A DNA stretch of 49,453 bases from Flavobacteriales bacterium. GTDB taxonomy: Bacteria > Bacteroidota > Bacteroidia > Flavobacteriales_F > PHOS-HE28. The notes beneath the pieces were generated by a model. That model saw nothing but the letters and a program-made list of their open reading frames with translations, ran no database searches and had not been told where the DNA came from. Each line of letters starts with the position of its first letter. Within the stretch, counting starts at the first letter, position 1. Position numbers and translations under genes: made by a program. Shown here in pieces: positions 17,952 through 25,863 of this stretch. The DNA lies in the NCBI GenBank assembly GCA_017998165.1, contig JAGODO010000001.1, forward strand, positions 1 to 49,453. Direction: 5' to 3'.

Positions 17952-18341
17952 CTATCCGCCCACCAACGGCGTAAGTTTCACGAAGCTGATGCGCGTGCTC
18001 TTGCTCAGGCGCACTTCCTCTTCCAGCGTTTCGGCCTGCCGGTCATCCACCAGCATGAAGAAGACGTTGCGCGTGAACGCATCCAGCGCGACGTACACCT
18101 GCTTCTCGCCGTCCACCGCGCGCTTGTTCTTCAGCTTGAAGCCGTTCAGCGTGCGCTCGGCATCACTGGGCTCCACAAGGCCATTGAAGAACTCCGGGCG
18201 CTTATCGTTGTAACGCCGCACTTCTTCCAGCACGCGGGCTTCGATGATGTCCCGGACGGTAACGAGCTCACTGGCGAATTCCAGTTCGATCTCGTTCAGG
18301 ATGTCCCCGGCGAAGGTCTCGTCCTTGATGGCGATGAGCAT
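17952..18341 (-). CDS. Ubiquitin-like/MoaD-ThiS-like candidate, 129 aa, ending in Gly-Gly-stop
   Basis: ATG start. The C-terminus ...RISFVKLTPLVGG is followed directly by TAG. The N-terminal strand-strand-helix pattern (MLIAIKDE, ILNEIELEF, VTVRDIIEARVLEEV) is consistent with a beta-grasp. It lies 2 nt upstream of the next ORF and two genes from the E1. Confidence 0.6.
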   Translation of the reverse strand: MLIAIKDETFAGDILNEIELEFASELVTVRDIIEARVLEEVRRYNDKRPEFFNGLVEPSDAERTLNGFKLKNKRAVDGEKQVYVALDAFTRNVFFMLVDDRQAETLEEEVRLSKSTRISFVKLTPLVGG

Positions 18342-18564
18342 ACGTGGTGCGCCGAGGCCCGGCGCTGGTATCAGGTTGTTGTGTTCAGCGCGTCGAAGAT
18401 GCGCGATCGCTCGATGCCGACCACCAGCACCGGGTTGAAGTGATCATGTGGGGAAGATCGTCATCCATGAACGACAGGCGTCCGTTCCATGGAAAGAGTT
18501 GTTCCAGTTCAACGCGCCATCCCCGTCCCTGTACCAATTTCAACCCATCAAACCCGACCCGACC

Positions 18565-19458
18565 ATGAGCACATACCTGATCCTCGGCGCCACCGGCAAC
18601 ACCGGCAAACCCATCGCGCAAGGGCTTCTCGACAAGGGGCACACTGTCCGCATCCTCGTGCGTGACGCCGCCAAAGCCAAGGAACTCACCGATCAAGGCG
18701 CGGTCCTGTTCCAAGGCGATGCCATCGACAGCGACCTGTTGAAGCGCGCCCTTGCCGGAGCGGACGCGGCCTATTTCCTGGTGCCGCCCAGCTGGGGCGC
18801 TGAGGACTTCTCGGCCCACCAACGGGAGCATGTGGACGCGTTCACCCGAGCGCTGCGTGGCTCGGGCGTGAACCATGTGGTGACCCTCAGCAGCATCGGC
18901 GCGCACCTGTCGGAAGGCAACGGCGTGGTACAGGGTCTGCACTACATGGAGCAGGCGCTGAACGGCATCAGCGGGTTGAACAGCCTGCATCTGCGTTCCA
19001 CCTATTTCATGGAGAACAACCTCGGCGGCGCGGGCATGGTCAAGAACATGGGCCTGATGGGGGGGGCCGTTCGCCCCGACCTGAAACTCCCCATGGTGGC
19101 CACGCGCGATGTCGCCGCAAAGGCCCTTGATCACCTCCTGAAGCTCGACTTCGACGGCCATGGCCACGAATACGTGCTCGGGCCCCGGGAAGTCACGCTT
19201 CCTGAAGTTGCAGGCGTGCTGGGGGCCGCGATCGGCCAACCCGACCTGAAGTATGCCCAGTTCCCTTACGACCAGGCCGCACAGGGCATGATGCAGATGG
19301 GTGCCAGCGCGAGCATGGCCCAGCGCATGATGGAGTTCGTGGAGTGTTTGAATTCCGGGAGGATCCTTGAAGAGGCCCGCCGCGATGCGGTGAACACCAC
19401 GCCGACGGACATCAAGGAATTCGCACCGGTGTTCAAAGCGGTGTACGAGATGAACTGA
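18565..19458 (+). CDS. NmrA-family / NAD(P)-binding atypical SDR protein
   Basis: From the internal ATG the protein begins MSTYLILGATGNTGKPIAQGLL (Rossmann GxxGxxG). The rest has NmrA-like architecture. Confidence 0.8.
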   Translation: MSTYLILGATGNTGKPIAQGLLDKGHTVRILVRDAAKAKELTDQGAVLFQGDAIDSDLLKRALAGADAAYFLVPPSWGAEDFSAHQREHVDAFTRALRGSGVNHVVTLSSIGAHLSEGNGVVQGLHYMEQALNGISGLNSLHLRSTYFMENNLGGAGMVKNMGLMGGAVRPDLKLPMVATRDVAAKALDHLLKLDFDGHGHEYVLGPREVTLPEVAGVLGAAIGQPDLKYAQFPYDQAAQGMMQMGASASMAQRMMEFVECLNSGRILEEARRDAVNTTPTDIKEFAPVFKAVYEMN

Positions 19459-19559
19459 GCGCCACCGCACCTATCGGTCCGGCACAGCGCGGCAAGAGGT
19501 ACGGCGAGGGGTGGCGGCATGATCGCGCCGCTACCTTCGCCCCCCATTCCAGCAACCAC

Positions 19560-20000
19560 ATGCCCATCACACGCAGAGCCACCGCCACTTGGAGCGGCAC
19601 TGGCAAAGAAGGCTCCGGAGCCGTTACCACCACGAGCGGAGTGCTCAACAACACGCCGCATTCGTTCCTCACGCGTTTCGTGAGCGAGGACGGCAAGGCC
19701 GGCACCAACCCGGAGGAACTGGTCGCCGCCGCGCATGCGAGTTGCTTCACCATGAAGCTGAGCTTCGTGCTGAACGCCGCCGGCTTCACACCTGACAAGT
19801 TGGAGTGTACCGCCAACGTGAAGATGGACAAGGTGGGCGACGGCAATGGCGTGGTGGGCATCCACCTCGAGTTGAAAGGCACCGTGCCCGGCATCGATGC
19901 GGCGAAGTTCCAAGCCTGCGCGGAGGACGCGAAGGCGAATTGCCCGATCAGCCAGTTGCTGAAGAGCGTGCCGATCACGCTGAGTGCGACGTTGGGCTGA
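19560..20000 (+). CDS. osmC: OsmC family peroxiredoxin
   Basis: Both conserved Cys contexts are present (AAHASCFTM and KANCPIS). Length is 146 aa. Confidence 0.85.
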   Translation: MPITRRATATWSGTGKEGSGAVTTTSGVLNNTPHSFLTRFVSEDGKAGTNPEELVAAAHASCFTMKLSFVLNAAGFTPDKLECTANVKMDKVGDGNGVVGIHLELKGTVPGIDAAKFQACAEDAKANCPISQLLKSVPITLSATLG

Positions 20001-20052
20001 TCGATCTTTCCTTCGGGCAACCGCCTTGCATGGTTGCGTCTTGCTATCGAAC

Positions 20053-21135
20053 ATGAGGCTGCGCGAACTATCCATCCTCTTCGCTACCTGCTGGCTGAAC
20101 AACGCGACGGGCCAGCCCCCGATCACGGTTGAGTGGGTGGCCTTCCGACCTTATGGCTATGGCACGGTCTTCACACAGGCACACATCGATCGCGACCCGA
20201 TCACGGGCAAGTACCTCTGGGCCGTTGAGGACGGCTGCCCCGGCGGTGATGAGGCCGCTTTCCTGTTCGACAGCACGGGCGCCGAAGTGACCCTGAGTTT
20301 TCCGGATTGCTTCAACGTGGGCAGCTTGGACCACTTGGAGGACATCGAGGTCGTTGGGGATTCGCTCTACTACATCGAGTATCACCAAGCCATCGCCGGG
20401 AGTCCGCAGGACGTCTTCTGGCACCTGTTCGGTCAGGGAGAACTCGTCATACACAGCGCGCCCGAAACGGACTGGGAGTTCGGGAATGATCTGGTGGTTG
20501 ACGGCAACGACCTTTTTGTCTGCGGTGTTTCCGGTTATGGAAGTCCCGCTCCTGATGGCCAATTGATACGAGCGAACCTCAATACCGTGCCCGTTTGGAA
20601 CATCTTATGGGACAACGGAGGTCCCTTGCCGAATACGGGATTCCTCAGCGTGGCCCCGCATGGTGATACCATCGCTGCCGCCGTGTTCCCGCAAGTAGCC
20701 CTCTTCGATCGGGGTTCAGGTGCCTTCATTGACACCCTCAGCCTTTTCCAATCCATCTGGACGGGCGAACGCGCAGGACATATCCAGGAACATGATGGGG
20801 TCTTGCATTGGGCCGTTCGCATGGGTACTACCATCCATTACGGCGCGTGGGATCTCGCTTCCGGCCCTGTTTGGAGCGGTGAGCAGGTGTTCCAATCAGC
20901 CGTGGGCGACGTGGATGTGGTCGTGGATGACGACGGTCACACCTGGATCGGCTGTACGGCGGACGGTGCAGGCCAGATCCTCCGCATCGACCCCTCGGGC
21001 ACGTTGCTCGGGGTGTACCCCACGTATGCTGGCGTGAGCGATCTGGAATGGACGAACGGCAAGATCAGCATCACGGGCAAATTCGCGACCGGCGATCCCA
21101 CTTCGTATGTGATCACCGGCGTGCCCATTCCGTGA
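20053..21135 (+). CDS. Hypothetical secreted protein (beta-propeller-like)
   Basis: Signal peptide from the internal ATG (MRLRELSILFATCWLNNATGQ). No recognisable CTD or catalytic motif. Confidence 0.5.
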   Translation: MRLRELSILFATCWLNNATGQPPITVEWVAFRPYGYGTVFTQAHIDRDPITGKYLWAVEDGCPGGDEAAFLFDSTGAEVTLSFPDCFNVGSLDHLEDIEVVGDSLYYIEYHQAIAGSPQDVFWHLFGQGELVIHSAPETDWEFGNDLVVDGNDLFVCGVSGYGSPAPDGQLIRANLNTVPVWNILWDNGGPLPNTGFLSVAPHGDTIAAAVFPQVALFDRGSGAFIDTLSLFQSIWTGERAGHIQEHDGVLHWAVRMGTTIHYGAWDLASGPVWSGEQVFQSAVGDVDVVVDDDGHTWIGCTADGAGQILRIDPSGTLLGVYPTYAGVSDLEWTNGKISITGKFATGDPTSYVITGVPIP

Positions 21136-21155
21136 CAGGTCCCAGCCGAAACGGG

Positions 21156-22529
21156 ATGAAACACATGCGCAACACCTTACACCCCTTCGTCGTGCTGATG
21201 TGCATCACCACATCAGGGGCGCTCGCGCAAACGCCGCTGCAACCGCTGTGGTCGCATACGTGGCCTTACGGGAGCGGCGAGCCGTACGCCACGCTCACTC
21301 CCGGGATCGACAACCATGTGAGCCTCGACCCCATCTCCGGCAACGTGTTCGTGTCCATCGATGACCAGGACCAACTATTCAGCCAACGATGGGACGTACT
21401 GCTGTCCTTCACCCCTGGCGGGACCGAAGTGACCCCTGATCCCATTCCCTTGCTCGGCGTGCAGAACGATGCTTCATATCCCGACCTCAACCTGGAGAAC
21501 ACCAGACAAATGGAGGTGTTCGCGGGCGCGGCCCTGCAAGCGCACGGTCATGGTGCCGTGATCATCAATGGAGCCGGCCGATCCTTCCTGCTGCGCCAGG
21601 ATGATGGAACCACCTGGCAGCTGAGCCTCGGCATCGGGGACTTCGGCGCCGATCCCACCACAAGTGTTCTCTTGGATGCTGATGGCCCCGTACTCGGGGG
21701 CTCGGCCGATGGGACCACGGGATGGTTGTGTACCGTTGGCGATCAAGGATGGCCGCAATGGGCGCATTCGTACGTGGGCACCCACCCCATCTTCGACGTA
21801 CTGGCGGTGAACGGGACCCTCTATGCCGCATCGCATGGAACCGTACTGATGGTCGACCGCGCCACCGGTGTGCTGACCGGCCAGATACCCATATCCGTCA
21901 GTGCGTACCGCATGCACCTGGCCACGGATGGCGAAGCCCTTTACTACGCATGGTCCAATACGGCCGGACAGCACTGGGGCAAGCGGTCACTTACCGGGGA
22001 CGTGATCTGGGATCAGCAGGCGACCGGGGATCTGGATGTGACGGAAATGAAGGTGGATGCGCTCGGACGGGTCTGGATGAGCCTGAACCCCTGGTTCCCT
22101 GAAAGTGGCGGCCGGCTGTTGATCTCCACTGCGGATGGCAGCGCGTATGAACAGTTCTCCTATGGCGCGAGCATCAACGACATCGAGCTGGACAGCGAAC
22201 GGGCCTATCTCACCGGATGGTCGGACACGACCACGACCGGAACCTACCTGATCGCGGTGAGCGCGGAGATGAACGTCGGTAACGCCCATGTCGAACGACC
22301 GTCGGCACTGACGTTAGGGCCAAACCCGGCATGCGATGTATTGAACATCAGTAGTAACATGGCTCTCCGCGACATGGAGATCCTGGATGCGGCAGGCCGG
22401 ACGATCCTGCGTCAAGTTGCCGGCTCACGCTCGATCCCCATCGCTCTTCTTTCTCCCGGTGCATACTGGTTGAACGCGCGAACAACGGATGGCGCCGTCC
22501 TGCAGCGACGGTTCATGGTGGCCCGCTGA
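21156..22529 (+). CDS. Secreted hypothetical protein with T9SS type A C-terminal sorting domain
   Basis: Signal peptide MKHMRNTLHPFVVLMCITTSGALAQ. CTD: LGPNPACDVLNISSN...GAYWLNARTTDGAVLQRRFMVAR. Confidence 0.7.
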   Translation: MKHMRNTLHPFVVLMCITTSGALAQTPLQPLWSHTWPYGSGEPYATLTPGIDNHVSLDPISGNVFVSIDDQDQLFSQRWDVLLSFTPGGTEVTPDPIPLLGVQNDASYPDLNLENTRQMEVFAGAALQAHGHGAVIINGAGRSFLLRQDDGTTWQLSLGIGDFGADPTTSVLLDADGPVLGGSADGTTGWLCTVGDQGWPQWAHSYVGTHPIFDVLAVNGTLYAASHGTVLMVDRATGVLTGQIPISVSAYRMHLATDGEALYYAWSNTAGQHWGKRSLTGDVIWDQQATGDLDVTEMKVDALGRVWMSLNPWFPESGGRLLISTADGSAYEQFSYGASINDIELDSERAYLTGWSDTTTTGTYLIAVSAEMNVGNAHVERPSALTLGPNPACDVLNISSNMALRDMEILDAAGRTILRQVAGSRSIPIALLSPGAYWLNARTTDGAVLQRRFMVAR

Positions 22530-22554
22530 ATCAGCTACGGGGGGCTTGGTTGAT

Positions 22555-22983
22555 CACAATTCTTGCCGCTCCGCATGCGGCATCACCTCCCCCGCTTCCA
22601 CCCAGCGTTTCAACAGGCGGAGCAATTGCGCCCAGCAGTAGCTGCTGATGCGGAAGTGCTCGCTCCTCCGCCCAGCCGCGATGGTAGAAGCGGACCTTCG
22701 TGCCACCCACAACCGCTGACGGATCGAAGCCCACGCGTGTGCCGATCCAGTCGTCCATGGAAGCGGTCATCTCCCATTCAAAAGCGCGTTCGGCATCGAA
22801 CCGGGAAACGCGCGCGCGCCAGTCCCACGGGTCACCGAAATAGAGCCTGTACTCGCCCCCCAGCACGGGTGTGCCGGAGCACTCCAAGGTCCACCACTTG
22901 TCGATCCGCCCTGGTTCGATGAGGGCGGCGAACACGTCTCCCGGGGACGCTTTGATGAAGAAGTCGTGCAGGATGTCAGGCAT
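22555..22983 (-). pseudogene. SRPBCC/AHSA1 (Aha1-like) family protein with an apparent frameshift near 22660-22668
   Basis: The N-terminal 107 aa are a typical AHSA1 domain (FIKASPGDVFAALIEPGRIDKWW...TKVRFYHRGWAEE). After GWAE the annotated frame becomes low-complexity. The +1 frame reads SEHFRISSYCWAQLLRLLKRWVEAGEVMPHAERQEL-stop (stop at 22555-22557), which is the expected C-terminal helix. Confidence 0.6.
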
Positions 22984-23015
22984 ATGCCGAAGATAGCGGG
23001 GCTATTTTGCGGCGG

Positions 23016-24044
23016 ATGGTGCGGACATGGCCAATTACTGAATGGTTGAGCGCAGCAGCGCCCATGATCGATGTCCGATCGCCGGGCGAGTTCGCGCGCG
23101 GTCATATTCCCGGCGCCACCAACATCCCGCTCTTCAGCGATGATGAGCGCGCCGTGGTCGGCACCCTCTACAAGCAGAGCGGACGTGATGCGGCCATGCT
23201 GGAAGGATTGCGCATCGTTGGCCCGAAGCTGGCCCCCATGGTCGAACAGGCCCGTACCATCGCTGCGGAGGGACGCATCCGGGTACACTGCTGGCGCGGA
23301 GGGGAGCGCAGCGGAAGCGTCGCGTGGCTGCTCGACAAGTCGGGCTTCCACGAAGTCACGACACTGAAGGGCGGGTACAAGTCCTTCCGCAACCAGGTGC
23401 TGAACGCGTTCAACGCACCGGTCGATCTGCGTGTGCTCGGAGGTTACACCGGCACAGGCAAGACAGCGTTGCTCGGGTACCTGCGCAACATGGGCGAACA
23501 GGTGATCGATCTGGAAGCGCTCGCACATCACAAGGGCTCGTCCTATGGGGCCATCGGCGAGCTCCCCCAGCCGACCACTGAGCACTTCGAGAACCTGCTG
23601 TGGAACGAACTCCGCCACCGCGATGCGACGCGACCGCTCTGGGTGGAGGATGAAAGCCTGATGATCGGCCGGACCAAGATCCCCGAGCCGTTCTTCGAAC
23701 AGATGCGCGGCGCCCTGCTCTTCTTCGCCGATATGCCCAGGACAGAACGTGCCGCCCGATTGGTCACCGATTACGGGAAATACCCGAAGGAACAACTCGC
23801 CGAAGCGACGAAGCGCATCGAGAAGCGGCTCGGCCCCCAGAATTGCAAGACCGCACTCACCGCGCTTGAGGCCGATGATCTCTTCACCGTGGCGATGATC
23901 ACGCTGACTTACTACGACAAGACCTATCTGCGTGGCGCTTCGCTCAGGGATCCAGCGCACGTGATCAACCTGCCCGCTTCGGCGAACGATCTTCGCGGCT
24001 TGGCCGAACGGCTCATCGCCCATGTCCACGCTCCCCGCCACTGA
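23016..24044 (+). CDS. selU: tRNA 2-selenouridine(34) synthase
   Basis: Rhodanese domain with active-site CWRGGERS. P-loop GGYTGTGKT. DVRSPGEFARGHIPGATNIPL at the N-terminus. Confidence 0.85.
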   Translation: MVRTWPITEWLSAAAPMIDVRSPGEFARGHIPGATNIPLFSDDERAVVGTLYKQSGRDAAMLEGLRIVGPKLAPMVEQARTIAAEGRIRVHCWRGGERSGSVAWLLDKSGFHEVTTLKGGYKSFRNQVLNAFNAPVDLRVLGGYTGTGKTALLGYLRNMGEQVIDLEALAHHKGSSYGAIGELPQPTTEHFENLLWNELRHRDATRPLWVEDESLMIGRTKIPEPFFEQMRGALLFFADMPRTERAARLVTDYGKYPKEQLAEATKRIEKRLGPQNCKTALTALEADDLFTVAMITLTYYDKTYLRGASLRDPAHVINLPASANDLRGLAERLIAHVHAPRH

Positions 24045-25077
24045 ACCCGTGTGCCTCACACAGCATAGCCATGGCGCGGGCTGTGGCTGCAAGATCGCGC
24101 CCGCCCAGCTGGAGATCATCCTGAAAAGCGCGTTGGGCACCTTGCCGGATCCCAAACTGCTGGTGGGCTACGGCAGCCGGGATGATGCGGCCGTGTACGA
24201 CCTGGGCGACGGCCGCTGCGTGATCAGTACGACGGACTTCTTCTCCCCCATCGTCGACGATGCGTTCGACTTCGGTCGGATCGCCGCGACCAATGCCGTG
24301 TCCGATGTGTATGCGATGGGAGGACGGCCCTTGCTGGCCATCGCGATCCTGGGCTGGCCCGTGGAAAAACTCGGCCCCGATCTTGCGCAGCAGGTGGTGG
24401 AAGGCGGACGACGCGCGTGCCACGACATGGGCATACCGCTCGCAGGCGGCCACAGCATCGATGCGCCGGAACCGTTCTTCGGCCTGGCTGTGACCGGTGA
24501 AGTGCGCAAGGAGCATCTCAAACGCAACGACACAGCGCACGCCGGAGATGTCATCTTCCTGACGAAACCGATCGGTATCGGCCTGTTGAGCACCGCGCAG
24601 AAACGGGGCAAGCTCCGGCCGGAACACGCCCACGTCGCCCGGGACCTGATGGTGATGCCCAACAGCATCGGTACGCGGCTCGGCGAACGTTCCGGAGTGC
24701 ATGCCCTCACCGACGTCACCGGGTTCGGCCTTGCCGGGCACCTGCTCGAAATGTGCCGGGGCGCCGGTCTGGGGGCCCGCATCCGATTCGATGACATCCC
24801 TCGGATACCAGAGGCCCTGATCTACCTGAATGAAGGTTGTTTTCCGGATGGTTCCTTCCGCACGTGGAAGAGCTGCGCCGGAGAGATACAGGGCGCATCG
24901 TCGATGGAAAGGATGCTGTTCATGGCCGACCCCCAGACGAGCGGTGGCCTGCTCATCGCATGCGCACCGGAGGCGAGCGGCGAGGTGAGCGCGATGCTGG
25001 GATCCGCGGGCCTTGCGTCGAAGATGATCGGCGTTTTCGAACCCGCCCAGGGAGCTCCCGGCGTGTTTGTCGAATAG
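24022..25077 (+). CDS. selD: Selenide, water dikinase (selenophosphate synthetase), Cys-type
   Basis: N-terminal SHGAGCGCKI loop, with Cys rather than a UGA/Sec codon. AIR-synthase-like fold motifs are present (DDAAVY, GGHSID). It overlaps selU by 23 nt. Confidence 0.9.
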   Translation: MSTLPATEPVCLTQHSHGAGCGCKIAPAQLEIILKSALGTLPDPKLLVGYGSRDDAAVYDLGDGRCVISTTDFFSPIVDDAFDFGRIAATNAVSDVYAMGGRPLLAIAILGWPVEKLGPDLAQQVVEGGRRACHDMGIPLAGGHSIDAPEPFFGLAVTGEVRKEHLKRNDTAHAGDVIFLTKPIGIGLLSTAQKRGKLRPEHAHVARDLMVMPNSIGTRLGERSGVHALTDVTGFGLAGHLLEMCRGAGLGARIRFDDIPRIPEALIYLNEGCFPDGSFRTWKSCAGEIQGASSMERMLFMADPQTSGGLLIACAPEASGEVSAMLGSAGLASKMIGVFEPAQGAPGVFVE

Positions 25078-25167
25078 CGATGGTTCTCCGGCATCCCGGC
25101 CACGACAAGCAAGGCAACTCGTTATTTTGGGCCTGCTCCGCAGGAAACCAAAAACCACCTCCCGGTC

Positions 25168-25767
25168 ATGGCCAAAAAAAGATTGAACGAAAAGGATATC
25201 GATACGCTGCTAAGCCAGTACCGCTCTGAACGACGACGCCTGAATTTCCAATTGGGCATGGTGCGCATGGCGCTGAAAGACCTCAAACGCGCGCAGGCCG
25301 CGTTGCCGAAAACCCCGCCCAAACCCAACGTGGTGATGCTTCCGGATGGTACCGTAAAGCGCCGACCGGGCCGGCCCCGCAAGGGTGAAGTAGTGGCGAA
25401 GAAGCCGAAACGCGGCCCCGGACGTCCGCCCAAGCGCGTGCGCCCTCCCCGTGAACTGAACAACTGGGACAACATGGTGCTCGGGGCCATCCGGAATTCA
25501 GGGCGGTTGATGCCCAAAGAGGAACTCGTGAAGCACGCCATCCATTGGGCGGGCAGCCACGAACCCGGAATGAAGCGGCCCGTAGTGGAGACCTTCGTTA
25601 CCCGCACGCTGCAAAAGCTCAGTGGGCGGAAGAAAATGCTGGGCATGCACCATACCGGGCTTCGCCGCGGCAACCACTACGGATTGAAGGAGTGGTTCTT
25701 CCAGAGCAGCGGGAAGCTCCGCCGACAGCACCTGAGCAGATTGCGGCTGACGGAGAACGAGAAGTAG
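25168..25767 (+). CDS. Basic hypothetical protein with two AT-hook motifs
   Basis: KRRPGRPRKG (nt 25360-25386) and KRGPGRPPKR (nt 25408-25437) sit between an N-terminal coiled-coil-like segment and a C-terminal basic domain. pI is clearly high. Confidence 0.6.
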   Translation: MAKKRLNEKDIDTLLSQYRSERRRLNFQLGMVRMALKDLKRAQAALPKTPPKPNVVMLPDGTVKRRPGRPRKGEVVAKKPKRGPGRPPKRVRPPRELNNWDNMVLGAIRNSGRLMPKEELVKHAIHWAGSHEPGMKRPVVETFVTRTLQKLSGRKKMLGMHHTGLRRGNHYGLKEWFFQSSGKLRRQHLSRLRLTENEK

Positions 25768-25774
25768 GAACCGG

Positions 25775-25808
25775 GGACGACTGGACCGGGGACCACCTAT
25801 GGTCGTCC
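25775..25808 (+). terminator. Hairpin downstream of the AT-hook gene (GGACGAC...GTCGTCC followed by TTGTTCTT)
   Basis: 7-bp inverted repeat 25775-25781/25802-25808 with a T-rich tail. The loop is long (20 nt). Confidence 0.3.
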
Positions 25809-25863
25809 TTGTTCTTGGGATGCCCTGGCCGCCGCGAACTGCGCCGGGGTACATTCGCCCGTG

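Noticed and set aside
25095-25130. Possible Bacteroidota -7 promoter box in GTTATTTTGGG upstream of the AT-hook gene.
   Set aside because: The sequence reads TATTTTG, one T short of the TAnnTTTG consensus. The spacing to the ATG is plausible, but the evidence is too weak to call.
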